From the NCBI GenBank assembly GCA_032718475.1, contig JAUCBJ010008420.1, forward strand, positions 35,897-99,896: a stretch of 64,000 nucleotides of DNA, read 5' to 3'. The position numbers and the translations under genes are program-made. Numbering within the stretch: position 1 is the stretch's first letter; each line of letters begins with the position of its first letter. The notes beneath the pieces are model-generated. The model saw only the letters and a list, made by a program, of their open reading frames with translations. It was not told the origin of the DNA and did not search any database. The DNA is from Nemertoderma westbladi. Taxonomy: Eukaryota > Animalia > Xenacoelomorpha. Shown piece by piece: positions 25,478 to 39,614 of this stretch.

Positions 25478-27393
25478 GTTAGTTGAACGTTTTATTTCAA
25501 AAGAATATGAAGTTAATTTAATATGCGATTTCCTCGAAATCGTTTCGTCAACGTGTCTATCTATTATCCACGTGTATCTTAGTTTAAGTCACGAGGTCGT
25601 ATTGTTATCATTTCATATCGCACCAAATCATACCATAGACGAATACCATTTGATTAAAGTCCACTTTCCAATCCATTCCATTCATATAAATAATATCTTT
25701 GTATGCCCTGCGTTGGCGAGATTTTTTTAATCGCGAATTACACGGGACTTTAGTTCCAAAGTCCCCCCCCCCCCCCCCCCCCCACCCCCCATACCAGAAT
25801 ATGTCCGGTATGCACAGCTTAGTTAGTTATTGTTGGTTATTATTATGGAATGCGTGTGTAATCTGGTTGGTTCTTTGTAGGTTGTGTCTACTTCCACTTT
25901 AGCCCCATGTTATTGTTTTTCCACTTATTTCTTATCTTTGTCGTGACCTTTTGATATCGCATTCCTGCCCTCATATACAATGACAATAATACAGACATGC
26001 GCAATCTATGTATTCGCTATAAATTATAATGACACTGCTCATCAATCAATATTTGACCAACATAGTTTAACAACTGAACTGAACGTAGGATGTTAAATAA
26101 TAATAAATAATAAATAATAGCCGCTTAAGTTATTTTACTTTAGTTTATCCTTTGCCTATAATGTTACAGCTCTATAGATATTTGATTCAATTTATTGTAG
26201 TATTTTATTTTATTATTCTATTAAATAATATTTCCAAGCAACGATTTGTTTACAAGTAGAGTGAGTATTGTTTAGTGTAGATTTACTAAATGAGTTTCTT
26301 TATCCTCTGATTTTATTTCATATTTAATCTGCTGAAGTTATGAACTTTCAAGGTTTTCCTAAAATAGCTGTTATTGTCATGAAACGAGGCAAATTATTTT
26401 AGCCGTATTATTTGAGATCAAAAGTTTATACTGTATTTGTTGTTGTTGGCTTTTTATCTGATTGGTATTTATTTATCCGAAGTGACTTTTCTTTACACTA
26501 TGTCAGGGTAATCACACAATTTCAGTTCAACCAATCAAACTCCTCACTACCAATCACTTATGACACGCCCCACTCTTACTTCCTGCTCTACCATTCCCTA
26601 TCAACCAATCACCTTCATCCATTTCTAGCTATTAGGCAGCAGTCTCGCTGATAGTGAATACTATTGTACAACTTACAATGGGAGTCGTAGGCCATTCTCA
26701 GACTACGCATTACTAATATGGCAACAGGTAGCAATGTAGTTATGGATGTTGTAAACCTATCGAATCATCTTTGTTCTGATACACACACACACACACACCT
26801 ACACACGCATCCATCCATATCCATTGCTATTAATTCGCGAAGTGATCAAGTAATCCGCACCTAACCTAACCTGACGTTAACAATTTATCCTTACGTTTTG
26901 AACCCGTCCGTATACCACTCAATAATCTCAAATGCTTGTTTTCCTTTCCTTTTACGCGTTCCATATCGTAATGAATTGGATCAAAATAATCAGCCAGTCG
27001 TTGTTTTTATATAATAATAAAAATTAATTGGACGCCAGTTGTTTGTCGTTTTATCGCGTATAATAGCGGGCGTGTATTTAGTTATTATCTGGCTTTCAAA
27101 GGCGTTTCCTTATTGTTTCATAATGTTGTTTTGGCACAATCGTGGTCTCCCATTTAAAATATAATTAAGTATTTGTTTTCTCCCGCTTCTTAAAGCTAGC
27201 CAATAACTCTTTATCATCAGAAGATTGGCTTTTCCTGAACTCCCTGAGGTAACGCTGCAGTTGTGACAGCCAATACCTTAAACATTGCTTAAACATTGTT
27301 AACATTTACCTGTTCGTTATCTGGTCATAGAATATAGGCCATTTTTTGTGGCCTACTCCAAACCCCACATAATATGGAATGCATTGTTGTTAC

Positions 27394-28359
27394 TAGCCCG
27401 CTAAGTTGCCGTGAAAGACACGGCACTTAATTAAATTCGCCGTAGCATCCACGGCACTCGGCACTAAACTTTGCGACATATTTCTGAAAACGAAATCTGA
27501 AAGCCAGATTTCTTTCAATCTCTCTTTGCAAGATCTCTTTCAATTTTCTAGATATGGCTCTCCGTCCGTTAGAGTGTCGTTATGTCCGTCGTTTTGTCCC
27601 CAAATCAATAGAAAGCATACTATACTATATACTATTTCCCATATGGGTTTTCTTGGTCGGGTGACTTTATTTCCGAAGTCCGTATTCAAATTTGGTGTTC
27701 TTGTGTTTGTCTGGTACGCCTGTCAGTCTGTCCGTCAAAATATAACCGACAGCCATACATGCAGTTTGGAAGCTATGAAATGTGAAATCTGACATTCGAG
27801 ATGAAATCACTGACTAGGAAGACCTCCACAGCCAAAATCTTATAGGGTTTTGTGCTTTCTTGTTGCTAGATATACATTGACAGACTTTTTGAATGCAATG
27901 GTCTCTGAATTCCATTTTTTTTACTGCTCCGCCATTCTTCAAACAATTTGTAAGTTTTTGGTATCAACTCAAAGCTATTCGTGTGCGCCATAATACAATT
28001 GGATAATTTTTTAGTTTTGCAATAATTGTTCATCTGTTGTTATAATATGTTTTACGAAAAAAAAATAGCTCTTTTGACGATTTGAAAATTATTTTGAAAA
28101 ATGTTTTCCCTGAAAATTACGAAACAACGATTCTGCTCGAATTTAATCAAAGCTGAAAATAAAGCATTTTTTGCTCTGGCCCGCTAAGTAGATTAATTTC
28201 AATATTGTTGCGAAACCCAAAATGTATCTTACACTTTATATTTCGAATTATTCGATTTTTGGATCAGTATGCATTTCCAAAGGTTGACTTCTTAACCAGT
28301 TACACCCCCCTTAACAGTACATTTAATAAAATGCACTTTTGCAGCAACTTATTGGGCTA
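27394..28359. mobile_element. Non-autonomous TIR element with TAG...CTA termini (Academ-like)
   Basis: tagcccgctaagttgc at 27394 versus gcaacttattgggcta ending at 28359; flanks ttac and ttaa. An internal segment (gaaatctgacat..gatgaaatca..gactaggaa) is shared with 54500-54760. Confidence 0.5.
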
Positions 28360-29438
28360 TTAACACTTATGCACTCCTTTTGTGGTTTGTGTTATCCGCT
28401 GTGGGTCGTTGAGCAGACAAGGGCAATCACTTCCAAGATCTACACAAGCATCGTGTCTATCATCTGACCCAATGGAACTCTTGTATCCAAAATCCTGACG
28501 AGACACTCGTGTCATACCACCTACAGCTACAATGGCGTAATGGGCAACTACCCCAGACATCTAAAAAGAACTTTGAAACCCCGTCCTCACCTCTTCCCGA
28601 GCAAATACTGTCGTAAATAGTTAGTAGAAAGATTAGACATGACCTCAATGACCTTACCGGTAGAGTGTGAACTTTAAGTTTGATTTTATCTTAGCGAGAC
28701 GCACGTATGGGAATTCCAAACAAACTTACCTCATTTACTTATTTTTATTTAACTGTAAGGAGTTTTTATTTAGTTTAAAGGATTTTACCAAGACTCCATT
28801 TTTTGTGATATTGGACAATTAAACCTGGCAGACAGAACACTCAACCCACGGGAAAACCATCTGATACCTGTGACTAAGACTGGCGGACCAAAGATAACTT
28901 TCCTAACAAAAGCGCAATAATTGCACTTCCTGGTTATAATTACCGTTGTATATGTTTGGCTGCGTGGTTGGTTCCCACCCCACCGCATTTATATGAGTAC
29001 AAGAAATGGCCTCCGTAGCGAACGCAGATAGCTTGCGCCATCCCCACGGCTTCGGCAGGAGTTTCAATCATAGTATTTACCAGTGCAAAGAATTAGGATT
29101 AATCTTCCTCTGTCCTATACTCACTAACTCTCTATAAGATACCCAGCCAGCCACTCAAGGATGTATTTTTCCAGCGGCTTCAATGCTTCATAAAGGACTT
29201 TCCAATCGCATCCCAGGAGAGGAACTTATCATTTGCTATTGGCGTATCTCCTCAGAATTCATTTATGCAACAGATAATCTTGAGGGATATATTTTCAAAT
29301 TATATCCATCTCTACCACGCACACGAATTGTAATTATCTTTCCTTGATTATTTGTATACATTAATTTTGTTTTAATAAAGTAACATTTAGGCTATTTTAT
29401 GCTAAAGCTATAGATTTGCTTTCTTAAATGTCGTATAA

Positions 29439-31890
29439 GGGTCAATAAGCTTAAAAGTGGCCAATGGTTTGTCCGGAAGTTACGATATAATTTTAAATGC
29501 TTTAATTTATTCGTATTTAATAAAGTTATATATTATTTTGTAGCTAATTTATTTGCGCAGCTTACGCACTAAAAATTATGAAAATCTGTTAAGGCTGTCA
29601 AAAGATATGCCCCATCAAAGACTGAAATATCGTGAAAATCAGTTGTCCCTTACATGACAAGACCACAAACAACTGTAAATTGTATCACCCCAAGTGGCAA
29701 ATATATAGGAAACCTATATATTGTTGGGGAGCTTAGATATTTTGCTATCTTTTCCGATTTATTTCAGGCCATAATATTCATGTTGAACCATTTGAGATCG
29801 ATACATAAAATGGGCATGGATTTTTCAATTTTTGTGTCACATCTGTAACATTTACGTCTAGAATCTGAAGTAGTAACTGTAGGTTTACAGTTTTGATATA
29901 TTTCGAATCTACAGGGTTTCTAACATATATAGGCCAAATATCACATACAAAGGGTAAGGTCATCTCATTTGGGAAGCATTTATGTTTAACAAAGTCAATA
30001 TAGAAAGCATAAACGTCCATATCTGTAACGCTACAAATGTGGCCATAGATTTTGATAATATTAATCTCATACAAGAATAATGGTACGTGTGGAAAGGCAA
30101 TTTTAATTTATGCCGCATTAACCCCAAGAGTTAATGTGATAAATAAACACCTATGATGTATGGCGGTGGTAAGCGATTTTGTCAACCATCTGTAACGCGT
30201 CACCGTTACAGTGCAGTGCGTTACAGATAAGGCATGTCTCATCTGTAACGCATTATATAACCAGTTATCGATGCGTTACAGACTGTAGGTTTTCAGTCAT
30301 ATCTATATGACAGTCCTATCTGTAACGGAGTGTCATCCTGAAATACAATAAGGCATCACTGACAATATTTGAATGCCTACGCGTTTGATACGTTCTTCGT
30401 CTTCCTACTGACATCCTAACTGCTCATGGTAATGTGGTAGTGTAAGATGGGTAAGTGTAAAACGCGGAACTGGATGCGGGATCCGGATCGGTACCCGGAT
30501 TTTGAGGTTAAAACGAGGATCCGGATTTTCATGAAATCCGGAAATGAGTGCAAAATGCGAATTCAAGCTAATTTTCATTGTCAAGTGTTACTGGATCCCG
30601 TAAGGGGAGTAAAACACGGATTCATGTTTATCTCTATCCGGGAAGAGGTGATTGTGGATTCTGGGGAGTAAAGCGCAGATTCACTTCACATGAAATTGTA
30701 TGAATCCAGAGCTTCTGGGTCCGTGGTAAATAATTTAGGAATTAATTGCAAATATATACAATCTCCATCTTATAAATTTTATGTATTAATAAAATGTGCT
30801 TTCTGCAAAATTTCGCTTTATTTCGTTTAGAATTGTAGAAGATACATTTCCTACAAACAGTGTTTTTTTTAACATACAATTTATTGTACAGACGGTCCTT
30901 TGCTTTGCCCAATGTTTTGTTTTTCGTTTTTCATGATTAGGGTCTGCAGACGTACAGTATATAGATAGACTTCAATAAATTTGTATGTCTAATTTCATCT
31001 GACATGAAGCAATAAATAAACAAAAGTAAACAATCCAGTGACTGTTATCAGTGAGTGTTGTGTAACTTCAATGTAAAATTATAATTTACTCAAATGATTA
31101 AATACTCTAATGCGTATAAAAGGCCTATATTTTACTATCAATTTCTAAATCATTGGCTTAACATCACTTACTGACTTACATGACGGACTTGTGCACTACT
31201 TATATTATTGTGACAAGTTTAGTCAGATCCGTTTATTGGATGAGGTAATTGACGTCTCTGAATCAGTTGCAGAGAAACGCCAGGGAGCGATTAAATAAGT
31301 ACAGAGAACAAATTGACCGCGCGGTTGTTATTCTAAACAAGCATATATAAAAAGCGGCGTTATAGAGAAAATTTAACACGGGATAAAAAAAATCGTGTAA
31401 AACAAGATTATCGGTTACACAGAAAAATGTTAATGAAAAACGTTTTCTATTTATTGAAATCTTGTGTATTAAGTATAATTAATAAACAAATAAAATTAAA
31501 CATATAATTTAGTGGATGCGATGGTTATGGGCAGATATCTCTGTTTGTTACAGATGTTTGTCCAATAAATTACCTTATTGTAGAAGCAATAAGTTATAAA
31601 TACTGCAAAATCCATATAACATAATTACCGTTACAGATGGCCGTTACAGACGTTTGTCCCATAAATGTCATCACTGTAATGCGTTACAGTGGTAGACAAA
31701 AACGTTACAGATATGACATTAGTTTTTGCCACATATCTCCCTTTGAGCATCGCGTCATGCTCTCCCTCTACCATCACAAGATTCGCCATGAAATTATCTT
31801 TCGAATGGTCTATGGTTTTGCACTAATTTCCGACAAAAATTTTTCGGTCAATTTGTACCCCTTTTTGGCCACTTTTAAGCTTATTGACCC
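29439..31890. mobile_element. Non-autonomous DNA transposon with 26-bp TIRs and a 4-bp ATAA target duplication (Sola2-like)
   Basis: ataa|GGGTCAATAAGCTTAAAAGTGGCCAA ... TTGGCCACTTTTAAGCTTATTGACCC|ataa. Many internal atctgtaac / gttacaga motifs; no coding capacity. Confidence 0.8.
30447..30730. repeat. Dispersed repeat with gtaaaac(g/a)cggat and ggatccgg motifs, nested in the Sola2-like element
   Basis: Same motif family as 54777-55165. Confidence 0.55.
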
Positions 31891-31968
31891 ATAAGCCTTT
31901 TATAATTATTCTTTATTTATCTTTAAATTATATTAAAAATTTTAGGTAAAATCAAGACAACTTTACTA

Positions 31969-32771
31969 CACTGAAAGAAGTAACTGGCGTTTTTTTACTA
32001 AAAAACCACCGGTTTTCCAAAAAGGTTGCTCTTAAAGTGCAACACCAGAACTTAAACTCTTAGACTCTTATTTATAAATGGCAATTCTCTTGCCAAAATG
32101 CCACTCAAAGAAATAAAATGCCACTCAAAGAAATAAAACGCCACTTTCTCATTTAAAACCCAAAATTAATTTAAGAATTGCTACTTATTTACCAAAAGGA
32201 GTATGTTTTTAATGGCACCTTTTTAATGGCATTAAAAACCAACTGTTTTTCCTTAAATTTGAATAAGCAGGACTTTGACGTATTTCACTGCCACTTCTAA
32301 CAAAAGTGCATCTTCTTATATTTAAAATTGGCGATTTTCTTACTAAACTGGCAGTTAAGTTGAATAAAAATAAAGTGGCAGTTTCCAATCTCAAACCTTC
32401 AAAAGTGCTACTTATTTGACAAAGTATAGTTTATTTTTTAAAGGCCCAGTTTACAATATAAACAGTCACTTTATTTATATTAAATAAGCATGAATTTGCA
32501 ACATATAAGTACCACATATCAAAAAAAGTGCCGCTTCCATTTATATAGCTAGTTTAAATCATAACTGCCACTTCATTCATCATGCGTCAGAATATTATAA
32601 CATCAACTTTAATATATAACAGGCACTTTTTCAGAAATCAAAATTCTTCTATTTTATTTTTTTTTATTTAAGTGGATGAAAAAAATAAGTGGCACTTATA
32701 AAATTACGAACAGCTCGTTTTATATCGGAAGTGGATGTTTTAGAAAAAACAGGCAGATACTTTTTTCAGTG
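31969..32771. mobile_element. Non-autonomous CACTA/EnSpm-like element (TA duplication, CAC...GTG ends)
   Basis: ta|CACTGAAAGAAGTAACTG ... CAGATACTTTTTTCAGTG|ta, with multiple internal tgccact / aagtggca repeats. Confidence 0.7.
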
Positions 32772-33213
32772 TAGGCAGGAATGCGATTGCGAAAAAACAG
32801 GCAGTGTAGTTGTAGTAAAGTTGTCCTTGGGTAAAATGTAACGTAACGTTTATAAGTGATATTGAAATCATTTGAATTATTTAAATTTGCAATTTCTGGT
32901 TGATAATAAGAATAATCGTCGTTACAATATTTCATTTTAAAGTCCAAATGGCCAACCGTTTACATGTAATCAAACCGTGAATTTTATTTAAAAACACAAT
33001 GTTTTATAAATCGGGTCTTTACTTTACTTGTTCTAAGTTTTTAATAATTTTACTGGTTAAAAAACTTTTGCTTTGCATTTTATATTCCTTACAAGCGGGT
33101 CGCAATACAGATATAGAATACAATGGACTTTTTGTCGCCTTTTCTTCGAGGTCGTCGGTAAACTAATTTCAGAATGTACAATATATTTCGATTATCCTAT
33201 CCCTATTTTCCAG

Positions 33214-36200
33214 ACATGGATTCCCGTCGCTACCAGCAGACACCCCAAGTTCTCCACCGCCACTACAACCCCTACCTCCAACAACAACCCACGGTGATTA
33301 GCGGACACGTCGCCTATAGCAACCCCGTTACCATGGCCACCGTCGTGGGCTCCACTAACTGCGGGAGTGCGACCCGACAGACTGTGCAACCGCTGGACCC
33401 CCACAAACACCTCCCCAACTACCTGACTCTCTATGACCGGAGCGGTTTCATCCCCTCCCTATCTGAACCCACCACCAAACCGAATTTAATTAACAAGGCC
33501 GTAGATTACTACATGAATAAATCTGATGGATTGGATAGTCGGAGCAATGCTTCTGCTATCCACCATCGCATCCATGGCAACCCTTCTGGAAGCCATGGAA
33601 ATCACCCCGCAGCCCGTAGTAACCATCCTGGTGTCCATGGTATGCCCCCGGGTATGCATAGCAATCCTCTTGGTATCCATGGTAACCATCCCGGTATCCA
33701 TGCCAACGCATCTAACTCGGACCTCCACGCCAAGGTCCCGACCTCCTTCAGTACCACCAGCCTGGTTTCCTTTCCCGATGGACTCTCGGGCGCCCCCTTG
33801 TGGCCTGTGGCGGCGACAGTCCCGGCCCCTACCTCCCCTCGCGCCGCCAGCAAGTACAACCGCCCTCTAGTGGCGGCCACAGACGTCTACCAGCGGAGCA
33901 TCACCCTGGGTACGAGCGGTCGCTACGCGACGGAGGTTGCCAATGCGACGGGTTTGTCCCCCCGGGGATCCGCCATCGACCAGCAGGGTATATCGGAAAG
34001 GATCAAGTACTTGATCAACACAAACCACGAGATTGTGAACACCAACCAGAAGCAGATAGACAGTGTGAGACCGCGTCGGGTCTCGGCCTCCCGTCGTGGA
34101 AGTGTCGACAAACCTGGCGAGTCCCGGCTGCGAATCGTTACCATGGCAACTGCTCCTGTGCAACAGAACGACCTTAATGTGATATCGACCCCCGCGGCGT
34201 TTAACACCTCGTCTTCGGTTATCCGAAGTCTGTTACTGAAGAAGGAACCTGCACAACTGGAGGAACCCCCAGTACCCGTCTATCCAGCCATCATCACTTC
34301 CGGTTATCAGATGATTGTCACTTCTGGTTGTCAGACAGTTGTCCCTTCCGGTTATCAGTCTGATGTCACTTCCGGGTTTAATACAGTCGTCACTTCATCT
34401 TCCCAAACACGCGGTTTTACCTGTTCAATGTGTGGAACGGAATTCCACAGTGGCTCTACACTTCTCACCCATCAGAAATTCTATTGCTCATCGGCGAAAA
34501 TCGAAACCACCGACCGACGATTGGTGGCGCCACAACCTTTAGTTTTCTCTGACATCCCTGATCGAACAGCGATTAGCCGATCTGTGCCTCTAACTAAGAT
34601 CATTAAAGTTGAAGATCCCAATGTGCCATCGGTTGCGAGCGAACAAAACAAATCCATTCCATCCACATCTCATACCTTGCCTTTCTCAATTTCTGTTAGC
34701 TCCATAGGGCCAATAACTGCCATCTCCACCAATTCATCCGTTAAAGAGGTTCTCAACCCAAAGATGAAGTTCTACCGTAAAATGCAGGCTGAAACTGCGG
34801 AACGTGAAGCAGCCAAGAAGAATGCCTTGGCAGAGCAAACTACTAAACTGTTGCCGCAGAAATCATTAACAGTGAAGTTGCCTCTTTTGCCTAGGAAACG
34901 TTGTTTCAGTGAAAGCGCTCTTGGTCTATCGGCTCGCAAGCGGGATCGCAAGAAAACCAAATTGGTGCGGGTCAATCAAGTACTTAGGATCCCGACTAAA
35001 GCTTACCCTCACTCCCTGGTGCTGAACGAGGTTGAAAAGCACCTGTTGGTCTTCACTAGCAGTCCCTGTAAGAAACCAGACACCAACACCTCAGATGATC
35101 ACCATTACATCACGGATCTCGTCTCTGCGAGCCCCGACAGCCCTCCAACAGACCTGCAGCATCTCTGTCGGTTGACTTTCTGTTGTCTCACAAACCCACA
35201 GTCCATAACTACAGTGCAGAAGAGCGTTGCCCTTTCTATGTACTCTAACTGGATTGTCGGCAGTACCACCATGCCCCTCCCCCTTGGACTATCTCCCACA
35301 GAGCACCTGAGTTTGTACAACTCCAAACAACGTGTGCGCTCTAGAATTTACTCTGTCGCTGTTATACAACACCCAGAGATTCTCACTCCATCCAGTATGT
35401 GGAAGCATTACAAGAAAGCTGAACCGGCTGCACAGGTTGAGTCGAAACTCACCAAAGCCACAGAGATATTCGAGGGTGGTTACAAATCAAACGAGACATA
35501 CGTTTATGTGCGTGGGCGTGGGAGGGGCAAGTATGTGTGCAAGGAGTGTGGGATCAGGTGTAAGAAACCTAGCATGTTGCGGAAACATATCAGATCTCAT
35601 CTCGATCTCAGGCCTCATCATTGTCCTTCATGCAACTTCTCCTTCAAGACTAAAGGCAATCTCACGAAACATTTGAAGTCGAAGACTCATAGTAAGCGGG
35701 TTAACTCAGAGTGTAGTATGACGAGTTTGGATGCCGATGACACGGGCTCCGTTTGCAGTGCCGACGAGGAACATCCGTTTAGCGACGCCGCTGACTCTGA
35801 TTCCGAATCGTCTGGCTCGGATTCCGATTCCGCAGAGCGGTTGGCCGATCCTGCAGGGAGCATGGCGTTCGTGTTGCGACCAGGAGGCAGTGATCGCACC
35901 GCACGTCGGTTGAGAAGCTACAGCGAGTCACATCTAGATAAGTTAATTGCTCAGCGACAGAAACATGAAGAAGTAAACAAAAAGGGTAAGCGGACTCATC
36001 ATTCCAGAACTTCAGTATTTAGTTACGAGTTACAACGTAGCAAATCGAATCGGGCAACCCCTTCGGGTGGTTTTCTAGAAAATACGCCGTTTGAAATTCT
36101 TTCTACTGGTATCACAAGTGTGGCGATTTGTAGCACGTTATCTTACTCGACGACCACCAGTACTTTAAACTCTACGTTGTGCGATAGTAATCGCACAGTG

Positions 36201-39200
36201 CCGCTGATACAGACGAGTAAATCGCATCCCTATGTCACCTACCAGCACAAGAAGTTCTCCGCCATCGATACACGAGTGAGTACTCCTGCTGACGTCACTG
36301 TATCGGATCATCGAGTGGGGCACTCAGTCACTGACGCTCAGACAGAGTATTCGGGCGCGACGCGCAGGAAGTTGACTCCCATCCCATTAGTTCCTCGCAA
36401 TGAGCAGCGTGTGGGTCGTGATGAGCAGTTTGCGATACCAAGTCGCGACGAACTCGTTGTTACAACGGTATCTCCCGATGAACGGTTTGCGGGTCGCGAT
36501 TCACGGTTCGTCAGTCTTGATGAGCGGATTGCAACAACAACTCGAGATGAGCGGTTGTCTGGCTACCATGTGGTTGCTGCAGACTGCTCGACGCCATCCC
36601 CCGTGGCTTCAGAATCCACCCTTCACACCGCCACCCGGTTATCCACAGCCCCTGCCACCTTTCCATCCGAACATGTGGCTGTTACACACCACGTTGCAGA
36701 GGCACCCAAACCGTTTGTCCCACAAGAGCAAAAGATAGAGCGGGTATTGGGAGGTGGGCACCATGCCCTGCGCCCAAATGCCCCCACCCTGCCGCCCCAC
36801 ATACAAGCCATCCCGTTGCAGTACTACTTACAGAACTACTACTCACCTGCACTCGCATACCAACACTATCAACATTATCCAACCCTCAAACACCACTACA
36901 TCGCACCATCCAGCAGTGCGACACACCAATATAACAACCGACGTTTGGACACACCTTACACTGTGGCCCCCCTCCACGACTATCAGACTCTGGTAAACGG
37001 TTCCTCAGCTCTGCTCCAACCAGTGTTCCAATCCAACCGGACATTCGTGCCCCAGACTTTCCCTGTAGCCGCCTACCCCCATGGCCACATGGCCAATGAG
37101 CACCCAGTTACTACCTACATGCCAGCTAGCATCTATCTGTCTCATCTTTCTGCTGTTCAACAAACAGGACACACTAGAGTGGATGCGAAGTTGCCCATCG
37201 GTTCAAAGTTACCCGGAGAATCGCACGTGGAGGGATTTGGTCGTGGTGTAGCTGGTGTTGAGTCTCGTAGGCGTGTCGATGTCCAGGCAGAACCCAGTAT
37301 GGTCCGCGGCGATTCCGGTGTGGTCCGATCTGAAGACAGTATTGTCCGAGTTGACTCTGGAGTGGTCCGAGTTGACCCAGGAATGGTCCGAGCTGATTCT
37401 GGAATTGTCCGACTCGATTCAGGAATTGTGCGATCTGACGCCGGTATGGTCCGAGTTGACCCAGGACTAGTCCGAATTGACCCAGGATTGATCCGAGCTG
37501 ATTCTGGAATGGTACGAGGTGACTCAGGAATGCTCCGTACGGAATCCGCCATGCGTACTGAGTCATCACGTCAGTCCAACGACTCCGGCACAATTCAGTG
37601 CAGTTTGTGTGGCCACCGTGGCCCGGACGAGTCGGACATGCAGCGCCACTACCGGGACGTCCACGGAAGTCAACCAGCCCGCATCCACGGTTGCTATGAC
37701 TGCAACGTATCTTTCCGTTCCCGCGGACACCTCCTCAAACACGAGCGTAGCCAGACTCACCTATCGCGTCTCGAGTCGGTAACTGTAGTTACTTCATCCA
37801 CGGACCCGCGCCCCTTCAAGTGCAATGGATGTAAAACTGCATTCCGTATCCCGGGCCACCTCGCCAAACATCTCCGATCAAAATGTCACGCCAACATGTT
37901 GTCGCGCTACGGGAAACCACCGTCGATGGACGCCAGCGATCTGTGTATTGGTAAGGACCAGCTGGGGGACTTGGATCCGGGCGATTCAGACATATCCGGT
38001 AGTGATTATGAGAGCGATAGTTTCGCCGACGAGTCCTCTCCGACCAGCAGTTACGCCGCCAGTACCTACTCGGTGATCCGTTCCCCGAGAGGAGCGCTCA
38101 CTCCCAGTGGCTACTCCGCCCCCTCTGGATACACACCAGGTGTCCACACCACCACCGGTTATACATCAGGTACCCCTAGTGGCTATATTTCAGTTCCCCT
38201 TGGTGGTTTTTCCTCAGCCACTGCTGATGGCTACACATCCGCAATTAAAAACAGTTTTGCTAGCGCGACTAACGCCAGTGACGCGCTGGGAAGGGATAAT
38301 TTAATGACTTACAGCGGCAATAATGCCGTGAGTAGCAGCACTGCCGCATCTGTAGGTCTGGTGGCCGTTAATTCAGTCCCTTCCTACACAAGGGCCCCAC
38401 CTGACAGTATTCTGCATCGATCCCTCACAGTGAGTCCGCGGCACCGAGCACATCCTGTCCACGGATCTCTACAGAATATCAGACTGAACCCGACCTGGGA
38501 CCCGCCAACGCGAACCATCCCTTCCCTGATCGCTATGCCACCTTTCCAGTTGTCGGGACGACGCTCGGCTCAGTTCCATAGCGGCACGGTTACCATGGCA
38601 GCCGAGTACAAACCCAGCGACGAGGCGGCCCCAATCCACCGCACCGAGAACAAACACCACGTGTCGCCGAGTGTTGGAGTCTCCGTCACCGCGGGCTGGT
38701 TGGCCCACGATGGGGGCAGTACTGGGGATCGGCCGCATTCACATCCAAACATCGCAGCTGATCCCCTCCCCGTTCCCAAAGAAATATCTGTGTCGGTTGA
38801 TTCCAGAGCACGCAGCGCTCCTTTGCGCAATTCAGTGGTTCGAGAAGGAATCTTGAATATAGGTTTTGGGCAGGAATCCGGTATCTACAAGCGCCTCCAT
38901 TCCCTGTCCGATTCCGATATCGCGGAAGGTGAGACTCCGTTGCGGAATCTGTCTCAGACACTGAGTGTCCCGGACCTCTGCACACAGGCGCTCCCAGCCC
39001 CGGAGCTCACAGGAGAACCATCGATGGGTGGTAGGGAAGCGTCTCAGATAGACCCCAGCCAACCCAATCGCTGCCCCCAGTGCCATAAACTGTTTAAGAA
39101 TGCGGGATATGTCCGTAAACACATCGAGACGGTTCACATCAACCGCAAACAATTCAAGTGCTCCGAACAAGAGTGCAATAGGGAATACTCGAGCAAGGAA

Positions 39201-39208
39201 GCCCTCAG
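33214..39208 (+). CDS. shn: Schnurri/HIVEP-like giant exon D (about 6 kb)
   Basis: Lies within the 2031-aa ORF; bounded by ttttccag|ACATGG and CTCAG|gttggt. Contains the C2HC finger CSMCG..THQKFYC; the hallmark FEGGYKSNETYVYVRGRGRGKYVCKECGIRCKKPSMLRKHIRSH..FKTKGNLTKHLKSKTH pair with an acidic tract; the Schnurri-type C-terminal triplet including DPRPFKC..C..AFRIPGHLAKHLRSK.H; and the start of an extra finger cluster. Confidence 0.95.
37290..37560 (+). repeat. Degenerate 21-bp coding repeat, about 12 x D(S/P)G(M/I/V/L)VRx
   Basis: Protein reads MVRGDSGVVRSEDSIVRVDSGVVRVDPGMVRADSGIVRLDSG... Confidence 0.8.
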
Positions 39209-39455
39209 GTTGGTACTACTAACTCATTATTCTTATATAGATATAGTGTTGGCCTATTCGAATACATGATATTATTATTTATTACTATTGCATTAACAGC
39301 TCAACTCCAATTTACTCGAATAAATGACAATAACTTACGCCTACGAGCGCCCGTGAACTGTAATCGTAATCCCCTACTTGCTTGCACTACACAGCGTCTT
39401 ATGTGGGTTAACTGGGTGGAGCTAACTATAAACATATCCGTTTTGTTTTCTTTAG

Positions 39456-39614
39456 GTACCACATCATCACCCACCAACGAGTAAAGCCCCATCAGTGTGA
39501 GGATTGTTCCAGAACATTCGCTTCCCTCTCCCAACTCAAACTGCATATGAGCAGCCATGTCGCCGATCGGCCATGGGTCTGTAAATATTGCTCCAAAAGC
39601 TTTAAATTACAGAG
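39456..39614 (+). CDS. shn: Exon E (extra C2H2 fingers)
   Basis: ttctttag|GTACCAC...CAGAG|gtaatt. Completes CSEQECNREYSSKEALR|YHIITH, then encodes CEDCSRTFASLSQLKLHMSSH and CKYCSKSFKLQ. Phase 2-2. Confidence 0.9.

Noticed and set aside
33174-39269. 2031-aa ORF as a complete single-exon gene
   Set aside because: Both ends run into intron: there is an acceptor at 33213, and the last finger is completed only by splicing 39208 to 39456.
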